A stretch of DNA of 64,000 nt from a virus (taxonomy: Duplodnaviria; Caudoviricetes). Within the stretch, counting starts at the first letter, position 1. Each line of letters opens with the position of its first letter. The stretch is from positions 1 through 64,000 of IMG/VR virus record IMGVR_UViG_3300031519_004326; one strand, given 5' to 3'. The notes under the pieces are model-generated. The model worked only from the letters and a program-made list of their open reading frames with translations. It made no database searches and was not told the origin of the DNA. Both the position numbers and the translations under genes were made by a program. Positions 1-6,724 of the stretch are shown here, piece by piece.

Positions 1-2
1 TG

Positions 3-233
3 CTTGAAGTAACTAACGAAAACATCCGCAACTTAGTAATACTTGCTAAGGAAGGCGAGATGGTGGATCCTATTGATTGGGGCGACTTAAAGATCACAGA
101 AGAACAGGCATACGTGATGATGGCTGCCCACGTATTAGAAATGGAAAGAAACCACTTGACAGATGGCGCAATTATTGTTAAACTACTAGTAGAGAACTTT
201 GTATTAAACCTCAAACTGATGGGAAAGAAATGA
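3..233 (+). CDS. hypothetical protein, 5'-truncated by window edge
   Basis: Open frame LEVTNENIRNLVILAKEG...LNLKLMGKK* ending in TGA that overlaps the next ATG; not in ORF track. Confidence 0.75.
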   Translation, partial: LEVTNENIRNLVILAKEGEMVDPIDWGDLKITEEQAYVMMAAHVLEMERNHLTDGAIIVKLLVENFVLNLKLMGKK

Positions 234-466
234 TAGTATATGAAAAAACAGCACAGTTAACAAATACACGCAACGAACAAGAAGTTGAATGCGAAGTTGA
301 TAATATTAGAAAAACAGATAAAGGCGTGAACGAATCACTTGACGCATTTATTGCAAGCAACAAAATACATATGCGATGGAACGGTAAGGTTTATGTAGGT
401 AATGCCCACGGAATGGAATTTACTACACCAGGACCAGTAGAGCGCAAAATTACAGGGAGATTTTAA
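230..466 (+). CDS. hypothetical protein
   Basis: 78 aa, ATGA coupling to upstream gene. Confidence 0.75.
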   Translation: MIVYEKTAQLTNTRNEQEVECEVDNIRKTDKGVNESLDAFIASNKIHMRWNGKVYVGNAHGMEFTTPGPVERKITGRF

Positions 467-467
467 A

Positions 468-674
468 ATGAAAACAAAGGTAGAAATAATGGATGGACCA
501 TATAGTAAAGCATTGGAAGAAGACACTAAAGGTGTTATCTATAGAGAAATTAAAACAGTTCGCGTAACTGATTCAGGTATGCTAACTGAATATATTGCAA
601 GACGTGAATATACTAAAGACGGTGATTACAACGACACATCACTATCAAGACCATTAATTAAAGTAGGAGTATAA
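468..674 (+). CDS. hypothetical protein
   Basis: 68 aa, tightly packed in operon. Confidence 0.75.
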   Translation: MKTKVEIMDGPYSKALEEDTKGVIYREIKTVRVTDSGMLTEYIARREYTKDGDYNDTSLSRPLIKVGV

Positions 675-675
675 T

Positions 676-1293
676 ATGCCACTAGTACCAATGGTAGTTG
701 AACAAACAGCCCGCGGCGAACGTTCATACGACATTTACAGCCGCTTAATGAATGACCGCATTATTATGCTTAACGGTCCAGTAGAAGACAATATGGCTAA
801 CTTAATTGTAGCACAGATGTTGTTCTTAGAGTCAGACAATCCTGACAAAGATATTAGCTTGTACATTAATAGTCCAGGTGGTGCAGTAACAGCAGGATTG
901 GCTATTTACGATACTATGCAGTACATCAAATGCGATGTGCGTACAATTGTAATGGGTCAAGCGTGTTCAATGGGATCGTTCCTAGCACAAGCAGGCACAG
1001 CAGGCAAGCGTGTAGTGTTGCCAGAAGCACGTACAATGATTCACAGAGTAAGCTCAGGCACACGAGGCACTTCCGGTAGTGTACACGTACAAGAGCTACA
1101 GTTTGAAGATGCACAACGAGCGTTTGAAGAGTCTAAGAAGGTTAACAGACGCCTTACAGAACTTTATGTGCGTCACAACACGGCTGGTAAGACATATGAT
1201 GAACTGTTTGAAACAATGAAGTTTGATACATTCCTTACTGCCGAAGAAGCAGTAGAACACGGACTTGCAGACAAAGTAGTGGAGAAGCGATAA
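676..1293 (+). CDS. clpP: ATP-dependent Clp protease proteolytic subunit
   Basis: [32 protein letters not shown], catalytic Ser (ACSMGS), His (MIHR), Asp (FDTFL). Confidence 0.97.
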   Translation: MPLVPMVVEQTARGERSYDIYSRLMNDRIIMLNGPVEDNMANLIVAQMLFLESDNPDKDISLYINSPGGAVTAGLAIYDTMQYIKCDVRTIVMGQACSMGSFLAQAGTAGKRVVLPEARTMIHRVSSGTRGTSGSVHVQELQFEDAQRAFEESKKVNRRLTELYVRHNTAGKTYDELFETMKFDTFLTAEEAVEHGLADKVVEKR

Positions 1294-1481
1294 TGGCAGA
1301 ACCAGTAGACGTAAGCAAGAAGCATTTTTACATCAGTCTTGTTAAAAGTGCAGTACGCATTGTAGCAGGTGGAGCATTTGTATATGCTGGTTATGCATTA
1401 GAAGTGCCATATGCACCAATTATATTAGGCGGCGTACTATTAATTCTAGCAGAAATTTTAGGCATCTTGGAGGAACTATAG
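1293..1481 (+). CDS. small membrane protein
   Basis: 62 aa, two hydrophobic segments. Confidence 0.7.
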   Translation: MAEPVDVSKKHFYISLVKSAVRIVAGGAFVYAGYALEVPYAPIILGGVLLILAEILGILEEL

Positions 1482-1871
1482 ATGGAAGTATTTAACTCAC
1501 CAGACCCAATACCGGTCGAAGATACAGTTGCAGGACTTAAAGGCATTCCTACAAAGATAGATCTAAGGAACCAACTAGAACAAAATGTAATGGTAGTTGA
1601 CTTTAATAAGATCAGCGGTGACAAGCGTGTTATGACTTGTACATTGCGTGAGGATATGAAGCCTCGTGCAACTAAAGTAGATCCGATGAGTACAAAGAAA
1701 ATTCGCGAAATGTCTGATGCTATTGTAAGTGTCTGGGACGTTAAAGCTGAAGGCTGGCGCAGCTTCCGTTATGATCGTATCAACAGTGTAAACATTGTTG
1801 ACGAATATATGATGGCTTGGTATACTGAAGTTAGAGATGGTCATAAAGTGGTTGACAAACCAGCAGAATGA
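1482..1871 (+). CDS. WYL-like/DUF2693-type SH3-fold phage protein
   Basis: VDFNKISGDKRVMTCTL...VWDVKAEGWRSFRYDRI pattern. Confidence 0.65.
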   Translation: MEVFNSPDPIPVEDTVAGLKGIPTKIDLRNQLEQNVMVVDFNKISGDKRVMTCTLREDMKPRATKVDPMSTKKIREMSDAIVSVWDVKAEGWRSFRYDRINSVNIVDEYMMAWYTEVRDGHKVVDKPAE

Positions 1872-1880
1872 CATTATACT
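1852..1880 (+). promoter_or_regulatory. sigma70-type promoter
   Basis: TTGACA-17 nt-TATACT. Confidence 0.85.
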
Positions 1881-1916
1881 GTAAGTATGAATAAGGCAAG
1901 AAGAAAAGGCAATAAT

Positions 1917-2513
1917 ATGAATAAAGTAATACTTACAGATGCAGATGGTGTGCTACTAAACTGGGAATACGCATTTACGTGTTGGATGGAACAGCACGGA
2001 CATACACAAGTAGAGAATGCAAACTTCCTTTACAATATTGGTCAACGATTTGGATTAGAATCTAATAATATGGGACATAGGTTAGTTAAGCAGTTTAACG
2101 AAAGTGCTGCAATTGGCTTCCTCCCAGCATTACGAGATGCAGTGTATTACGTCAAAAGATTGCACGAAGAACACGGATATACGTTCCGTTGTATTACATC
2201 TTTATCGTTAGATAAAAATGCATACAAACTTCGTAAAATGAATTTGGAGAAGCTGTTCGGTGAAACAGCATTTGAAGAATTAGTTTGTTTAGGTACTGGC
2301 GCTGACAAAGATGAAGCACTTGAACAGTATCGTGATTCAGGTTTGTACTGGATCGAAGATAAACTATCTAATGCAGTATGCGGACAAGACTTAGGTCTAA
2401 AAGCAATACTGATAGAACACGGCTTCAATATGAATGATGAATTACCAGAAGGAATGATTAAGGTCGTTAACTGGAAAGGCATTTATGATCACGTTGTAGC
2501 TAACGAAGCATAA
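1917..2513 (+). CDS. HAD-superfamily phosphatase/nucleotidase (T4 gp30.2-like)
   Basis: ILTDADGVLLNW (DxD motif I), WIEDK (motif IV); start 1917 preferred, 1887 alternative. Confidence 0.8.
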   Translation: MNKVILTDADGVLLNWEYAFTCWMEQHGHTQVENANFLYNIGQRFGLESNNMGHRLVKQFNESAAIGFLPALRDAVYYVKRLHEEHGYTFRCITSLSLDKNAYKLRKMNLEKLFGETAFEELVCLGTGADKDEALEQYRDSGLYWIEDKLSNAVCGQDLGLKAILIEHGFNMNDELPEGMIKVVNWKGIYDHVVANEA

Positions 2514-2541
2514 CGAAGTATAAGTAATACGTTAATAAGAT

Positions 2542-2616
2542 TCCCTAGTAGCTCAGCGGTAGAGCAATTGACTGTTAATCAATTGGTCGGTGGTTCGATC
2601 CCATCCTAGGGAGCCA
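2542..2616 (+). tRNA. trnN: tRNA-Asn(GTT)
   Basis: Acceptor TCCCTAG/CTAGGGA, anticodon arm ATTGA-CTGTTAA-TCAAT, GTTCGA, CCA. Confidence 0.95.
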
Positions 2617-2619
2617 AGT

Positions 2620-2710
2620 GGAGAGTTGGCCGAGTGGCTTAAGGCAGCGGATTACTAATCCGCCGAACGTTTATGGCGTTCCGTGGGTTCGAATCCCACA
2701 CTCTCTTCCA
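2620..2710 (+). tRNA. trnS: tRNA-Ser(ACT), class II, unusual anticodon
   Basis: Arm GCGGA-TTACTAA-TCCGC, long variable arm GAACG-TTTATGG-CGTTC, acceptor GGAGAGT/ACTCTCT, T73, CCA. Confidence 0.85.
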
Positions 2711-2713
2711 ATT

Positions 2714-2787
2714 GCGGGTATAGCTTAATGGTAGAGCTACGGGTTTCCAACCCGTTGACCGGAGTTCGATTCTCCGTACCCGCTCCA
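2714..2787 (+). tRNA. trnG: tRNA-Gly(TCC)
   Basis: ACGGG-TTTCCAA-CCCGT, acceptor GCGGGTA/TACCCGC, CCA. Confidence 0.95.
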
Positions 2788-2816
2788 ACAACTAGTAACA
2801 CTGAAAGGTTACAAAA

Positions 2817-3035
2817 ATGAGTGCATATGTACAAGAAGCAATTCAACGATCAGGCGTTAACAGAACAGAACTAACAGCAGTGTGTGCTTACTTGATTAGA
2901 ACAAAACAAGCAAGCGGACAACACGATGCACTCGAACAACTTGCATCTGGTAAAATTAACGGTGCTGAATTAATGGAACAAATTACACGCTGTTATCAAG
3001 TCGAACTTGAAGAAGAAGGTGTTCAAGGAGACTAA
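2817..3035 (+). CDS. hypothetical protein between tRNA genes
   Basis: 72 aa, AAGG upstream, phage-like codon usage. Confidence 0.7.
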   Translation: MSAYVQEAIQRSGVNRTELTAVCAYLIRTKQASGQHDALEQLASGKINGAELMEQITRCYQVELEEEGVQGD

Positions 3036-3042
3036 GTACAGT

Positions 3043-3117
3043 ATGAAAGTTTGTACAGAATGTAACACAGAGTTAGGACACGGAGATTGGTGTCCTAACT
3101 GTAGAGTAAAAAGATAA
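3043..3117 (+). CDS. 24-aa CxxC-CxxC zinc-knuckle microprotein
   Basis: MKVCTECNTELGHGDWCPNCRVKR*; GGAG upstream; below ORF-track size. Confidence 0.6.
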   Translation: MKVCTECNTELGHGDWCPNCRVKR

Positions 3118-3118
3118 C

Positions 3119-3194
3119 GCCCCTTTAGCTCATTTGGTAGAGCAATGGTTTTGTAAACCATAGGTGGTTGGTTCGAATCCGACAAGGGGCTCCA
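3119..3194 (+). tRNA. trnT: tRNA-Thr(TGT)
   Basis: ATGGT-TTTGTAA-ACCAT, acceptor GCCCCTT/AAGGGGC, CCA. Confidence 0.95.
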
Positions 3195-3201
3195 TTTTTA
3201 A

Positions 3202-3286
3202 GCGAGTATGGTGGAATTGGTAGACACGCTAGATTTAGGTTCTAGTGCCGCAAGGCGTGAAGGTTCAAGTCCTTTTACTCGTACCA
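3202..3286 (+). tRNA. trnL: tRNA-Leu(TAG)
   Basis: CTAGA-TTTAGGT-TCTAG, long variable arm, CCA. Confidence 0.95.
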
Positions 3287-3293
3287 AGTTTTA

Positions 3294-3369
3294 GGGGCCT
3301 TAGCTCAGTTGGGAGAGCGATTGCTTTGCAAGCAATAGGTCAACGGTTCGATCCCGTTAGGCTCCACCA
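3294..3369 (+). tRNA. trnA: tRNA-Ala(TGC)
   Basis: ATTGC-TTTGCAA-GCAAT, G3:U70 identity pair, CCA. Confidence 0.96.
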
Positions 3370-3457
3370 AGTTAAAGGGTTTTGTTCCCCTTGTAAAACA
3401 AATGAACAAATGGTGCCCAGGAGACAAAAAAGAAAGTTAACTTAAAGATTAACAAAG

Positions 3458-3464
3458 ATAAATA
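3458..3464 (+). promoter_or_regulatory. T4-type late promoter box
   Basis: ATAAATA; same box recurs upstream of genes at 12222, 13368, 14153, 18012, 19312, 31415, 32174, 35154, 36562, 45788, 49402, 50172, 55053, 59675, 61961. Confidence 0.75.
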
Positions 3465-3509
3465 AGTATAGTATAGTAAGTTAAACAGCTTATATGAGGA
3501 GAATATAAA

Positions 3510-3902
3510 ATGGTAGCACTAACAAGAGTAAATGGATCGGGGCTATCAGTTGCCGCAACAGTTTATGGACCAGGAGCAACTGCATTTAAAATTATAGTTA
3601 AAATTGCAAATGCTACAGTAGTTGATCTAAGGGCAGAAGATGATGCATTAGATGAAACAGTAGAGCAAATTATTAAGGAAATTAATCCGTTAATGTATAT
3701 GACTACTAACGCTGATACAGGTATAATAACTGTAGTATGTGATGCAAATGCAACAGCAGCAGACTTACAACATAGAATTAGAACTATTGGTGGTAATTGG
3801 ACCAGAAGTACTGGGGCCTACGCTGTATCATCAGTTGGACCAAACGAGATTGATACAAGTGGTACATTAGTTACTGCCGCGGCAACACTAACAGCAACAT
3901 AA
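3510..3902 (+). CDS. putative virion structural protein
   Basis: 130 aa, Ala/Thr/Val-rich, strong RBS GAGGAG, late box upstream. Confidence 0.6.
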   Translation: MVALTRVNGSGLSVAATVYGPGATAFKIIVKIANATVVDLRAEDDALDETVEQIIKEINPLMYMTTNADTGIITVVCDANATAADLQHRIRTIGGNWTRSTGAYAVSSVGPNEIDTSGTLVTAAATLTAT

Positions 3903-3922
3903 TTAAATAGTTAACTTAGTAG

Positions 3923-3951
3923 TTGACAGACGATGAATACCACTGTATACT
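3923..3951 (+). promoter_or_regulatory. sigma70-type promoter of leader-peptide/tRNA operon
   Basis: TTGACA-17 nt-TATACT. Confidence 0.9.
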
Positions 3952-3989
3952 AAGTATATAAAGTAAACAAAAGAACAACAGGAATTACA

Positions 3990-4052
3990 ATGCACAAGAC
4001 GAGCTTACAATCATTTTATTGGTGCCCACCGAAAGGGAGGGGTTTGTCTTGA
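3990..4052 (+). CDS. putative attenuator leader peptide MHKTSLQSFYWCPPKGRGLS
   Basis: AGGAA RBS at 3980, ATG 3990, TGA 4050; lies between promoter and terminator. Confidence 0.7.
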   Translation: MHKTSLQSFYWCPPKGRGLS

Positions 4053-4082
4053 TGTGACTTTTTAACAAAAGTAATATTATAG

Positions 4083-4119
4083 AAGCCCTTAGCATTTAGT
4101 TGTTAAGGGCTTTTTTTTT
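4083..4119 (+). terminator. intrinsic terminator (attenuator) upstream of tRNA-Trp
   Basis: AAGCCCTTAGCA-TTTAGT-TGTTAAGGGCTT stem followed by T run 4111-4119. Confidence 0.9.
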
Positions 4120-4130
4120 GAAAGTTTTAA

Positions 4131-4205
4131 AAGTGTGTGGTGTTAATGGTAACACGTTGGTCTCCAAAACCAAAGTTTAGAGTTCGAATCTCTACACGCT
4201 TGCCA
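4131..4205 (+). tRNA. trnW: tRNA-Trp(CCA)
   Basis: TTGGT-CTCCAAA-ACCAA, acceptor AAGTGTG/CACGCTT, CCA. Confidence 0.93.
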
Positions 4206-4211
4206 ATTTAA

Positions 4212-4293
4212 GCAGAGTAGGTTCCACGGTGGGACATCGGACTGTAAATCCGACGCTAACGCATAGTAGGTTCGACTCCTACACTCTGCACCA
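4212..4293 (+). tRNA. trnY: tRNA-Tyr(GTA)
   Basis: TCGGA-CTGTAAA-TCCGA, acceptor GCAGAGT/ACTCTGC, CCA. Confidence 0.93.
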
Positions 4294-4298
4294 GTTAA

Positions 4299-4376
4299 CT
4301 CGATGTAGCTCAGTCTGGTTAGAGCACTCCGTTTGGGGCGGAGGGGTCGTAGGTTCGAATCCTACTATCGAGACCA
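4299..4376 (+). tRNA. trnP: tRNA-Pro(TGG)
   Basis: CTCCG-TTTGGGG-CGGAG, C1:G72, A73, CCA. Confidence 0.95.
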
Positions 4377-4381
4377 AGTTA

Positions 4382-4469
4382 GGAAGATTGCCAGAGTGGT
4401 CGATCGGAGCTCCCTGCTAAGGAGTTGAACCGCAAGGTTCCGTGGGTTCGAATCCCACATCTTCCTCCA
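4382..4469 (+). tRNA. trnS: tRNA-Ser(GCT)
   Basis: GCTCC-CTGCTAA-GGAGT, long variable arm, T73, CCA. Confidence 0.93.
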
Positions 4470-4474
4470 ATATT

Positions 4475-4548
4475 GTTAGTGTGGCAGAAAGGCTATGCAA
4501 CGGACTGCAACTCCGTGTATGCTGGTTCGAATCCAGTCGCTAACTCCA
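4475..4548 (+). tRNA. trnC: tRNA-Cys(GCA)
   Basis: ACGGA-CTGCAAC-TCCGT, U73, CCA. Confidence 0.94.
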
Positions 4549-4555
4549 ATTACGG

Positions 4556-4584
4556 TTGACATACATACCATTAGGTTGTATAAT
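4556..4584 (+). promoter_or_regulatory. sigma70-type promoter (tRNA-Arg)
   Basis: TTGACA-17 nt-TATAAT. Confidence 0.9.
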
Positions 4585-4593
4585 AAATCATAG

Positions 4594-4670
4594 GCGGCTG
4601 TAACTCAGTTGGATAGAGTACCTGGCTACGAACCAGGAAGTCAGGAGTTCGAATCTCTTCAGCCGCGCCA
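4594..4670 (+). tRNA. trnR: tRNA-Arg(ACG)
   Basis: CCTGG-CTACGAA-CCAGG, acceptor GCGGCTG/CAGCCGC, CCA. Confidence 0.95.
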
Positions 4671-4688
4671 ATTTTTATAAATTAAAGG

Positions 4689-4717
4689 TTGACAATATCC
4701 TCATTAGAGGTTATACT
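4689..4717 (+). promoter_or_regulatory. sigma70-type promoter (csp)
   Basis: TTGACA-17 nt-TATACT. Confidence 0.9.
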
Positions 4718-4794
4718 ATGTATAACAGTTAGGCAAAAGTTGCTTAACGTTTAATTAACGAAGGTAAAACTTCACATAAGGAAGATAGAATAAG

Positions 4795-4992
4795 ATGGTA
4801 ACAGGAAAAGTAAAATGGTTTGATGCAACTAAAGGTTTTGGATTCATCACACCGGACGATGGCAGTAAAGATATATTTGCACATCACACAGGTATTGCAG
4901 GTGACGGATATAAATCTTTGGCAGAAAACCAAGAAGTTACATTTGAAATTATTGAAGGCCCTAAAGGTCTACAAGCAACAAATATTTCATAG
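4795..4992 (+). CDS. cspA: cold-shock protein (CspA family)
   Basis: [15 protein letters not shown] (RNP1), DIFAH (RNP2), GPKGLQA. Confidence 0.96.
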   Translation: MVTGKVKWFDATKGFGFITPDDGSKDIFAHHTGIAGDGYKSLAENQEVTFEIIEGPKGLQATNIS

Positions 4993-5004
4993 TATAACCT
5001 AATA

Positions 5005-5079
5005 GGTCCCTTCGTCTAGTGGTTAGGACACCGGGTTTTCATCTCGGCAACAGGAGTTCGACTCTCCTAGGGACTACCA
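5005..5079 (+). tRNA. trnE: tRNA-Glu(TTC)
   Basis: CCGGG-TTTTCAT-CTCGG, acceptor GGTCCCT/AGGGACT, CCA. Confidence 0.94.
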
Positions 5080-5104
5080 AATTGCACTAACTAAGAGCTA
5101 AAGT

Positions 5105-5401
5105 ATGAAATACATACCGCAGGAAGATAATCGCAAGTACGATGAAGAAGCAAGAAACTTAATTAGACCATTAGGCACTGAACGAAAATACGAACTGTAT
5201 GATATCGTTCTTAAAAAGCAGAAGTGGTCTAACTCTCCTACACGGGATTTAGAACTTGCTGCTGTAGTTAAAGCAATTGAAAGTGCAAGTGGAGTAGACT
5301 CGTTTCGCCTAGATAAAATCAAGAACGGATATCGAAGCGAAATGGCTGCAACAGCTAGACCCAAAGACGGATTTACTAAGCCGGCTAAGAAGAAAGCATA
5401 A
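5105..5401 (+). CDS. hypothetical protein
   Basis: 98 aa, basic C-terminus, coupled to next gene. Confidence 0.7.
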   Translation: MKYIPQEDNRKYDEEARNLIRPLGTERKYELYDIVLKKQKWSNSPTRDLELAAVVKAIESASGVDSFRLDKIKNGYRSEMAATARPKDGFTKPAKKKA

Positions 5402-5808
5402 TGAAATACTTTACCCGTAAGATGGTCACCCACAAGGACCTAAACTCTAATGCAACATTGTTTGGAGGCAGGGTACTTGATTGGATAGATGAAGAAGCAT
5501 ACATATACTGTACTTGTCAATTGGACAACGACCGTATTGTTACTGCTAGTATGAGTAACATTCAATTCGTTGCTACGGCTGTTAGAGGTGACATAGTTGA
5601 GATTGGTATGGACACAGTTGCTATGGGAAGAACAAGTATAACAATTAATTGCGAAGTGCGTAACAAAAAAACTAAACAGATTATTACCACAATTGACAAA
5701 CTAGTATTTGTTAACTTAGGTGCCGATGGAAAGCCTTCGCCTCACAATAAGTCAATATCTAACAAACCAGTTGATTCTACACCGTACAATCATAACCGGG
5801 GAAGATAA
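5401..5808 (+). CDS. acyl-CoA thioesterase (hotdog fold, YciA-like)
   Basis: DLNSNATLFGGRVLDWIDE motif, FVNLGADGKP. Confidence 0.88.
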   Translation: MKYFTRKMVTHKDLNSNATLFGGRVLDWIDEEAYIYCTCQLDNDRIVTASMSNIQFVATAVRGDIVEIGMDTVAMGRTSITINCEVRNKKTKQIITTIDKLVFVNLGADGKPSPHNKSISNKPVDSTPYNHNRGR

Positions 5809-5813
5809 CAGCA

Positions 5814-5996
5814 ATGCAATACCTTACAGAAGTTACAGTTTGGGACACTCCAGTCCAAAATCATACATACATTATTACTGACGGCGGACACTTGGCCGGC
5901 TACATTAAAGCAGGTACTACTGAAGAGATTATCTTTTCAAAGCCAATGAAGCAATGGTCTAAAAGCCGTCGAAAGTTTGTCAAATATAGTGGTTGA
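5814..5996 (+). CDS. hypothetical protein
   Basis: 60 aa ORF in operon. Confidence 0.7.
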   Translation: MQYLTEVTVWDTPVQNHTYIITDGGHLAGYIKAGTTEEIIFSKPMKQWSKSRRKFVKYSG

Positions 5997-6020
5997 CATT
6001 TAGTGCATAGATGCTATAAT
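5993..6020 (+). promoter_or_regulatory. sigma70-type promoter
   Basis: TTGACA-16 nt-TATAAT with TG extended -10. Confidence 0.8.
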
Positions 6021-6056
6021 AGTTATATTAATTAGGCAAACACTAAGAGGCACACA

Positions 6057-6569
6057 ATGTCAGACACATTCGTAATAAGTGATACTCACTTTAACCACGC
6101 AAATATTTTGGAGTTTAAAGACTACCTTGGTAAGCCGTGCCGCGAATTTGATTCCCCAGAACAAATGAACGAAGCAATGATGGACAACTGGGTTAGTGTT
6201 GTTGGACCAAAAGATACTGTTATCCACTGCGGTGACGTATTGTTTGGAATGGACAAAGCTGACTGGATGGCTGCTAACTTTGCGAAGTTACCAGGTAAGA
6301 AAAGACTTGTTGTTGGTAACCACGACAACTTGAAAATCCTTGCTCCATTTTTTAAAGATATGCAGTTGTGGATTGATATGGAAGGTCTTATCCTTACTCA
6401 CACTCCGTTGCACGAAAGCACACTTGCTGAGTCGCATAGGTTTAAAGAGCCTAAGATAAACGTTCACGGACACCTTCACACTACTCCTTCACCAGAAGGA
6501 CCGTACAGATGTGTTTGTGTTGAGCAGATCAACTACACACCAATTAGCATTGAGGACTTGAGGGCGTGA
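6057..6569 (+). CDS. calcineurin-like metallophosphoesterase
   Basis: SDTH, CGD, GNHD, HGHLH motifs. Confidence 0.9.
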   Translation: MSDTFVISDTHFNHANILEFKDYLGKPCREFDSPEQMNEAMMDNWVSVVGPKDTVIHCGDVLFGMDKADWMAANFAKLPGKKRLVVGNHDNLKILAPFFKDMQLWIDMEGLILTHTPLHESTLAESHRFKEPKINVHGHLHTTPSPEGPYRCVCVEQINYTPISIEDLRA

Positions 6570-6570
6570 T

Positions 6571-6723
6571 ATGGCAAAGCAGTCAAGACGTCCTCAAGCG
6601 CCTAAACAGCGTAATTGGGTTGCAAAACAAGTTCGTGATTTGGACGGTCCTTACCGTCCTAAAGTAATCAATAACAAGGTCAAAAAGAAACCTAAATATA
6701 AAAAAATTAACTGGGATGAATAA
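6571..6723 (+). CDS. 50-aa basic protein, possibly ArfA-like
   Basis: MAKQSRRPQAPKQRNWVAKQVRDLDGPYRPKVINNKVKKKPKYKKINWDE*; GAGG RBS; not in ORF track. Confidence 0.6.
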   Translation: MAKQSRRPQAPKQRNWVAKQVRDLDGPYRPKVINNKVKKKPKYKKINWDE

Positions 6724-6724
6724 G

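Noticed and set aside
2645-2665. Amber suppressor reading (CTA) of the TTACTAA loop, or stop-codon recoding
   Set aside because: The 5-bp stem GCGGA/TCCGC fixes the register to ACT; the Leu anticodon TAG reads CTA codons; long ORFs are intact in code 11 and all three stops are used.
3375-3445. tmRNA (PK1-like pseudoknot followed by a short ORF)
   Set aside because: No tRNA-like domain, no GGGG..GGATTCGAC 5' end and no ssrA-type tag ending.
2655-4420. ORF-track calls 2655..2846(-), 2970..3185(-), 3245..3445(+), 4229..4420(+)
   Set aside because: They overlap well-formed tRNA genes and lack RBS or protein-like composition.
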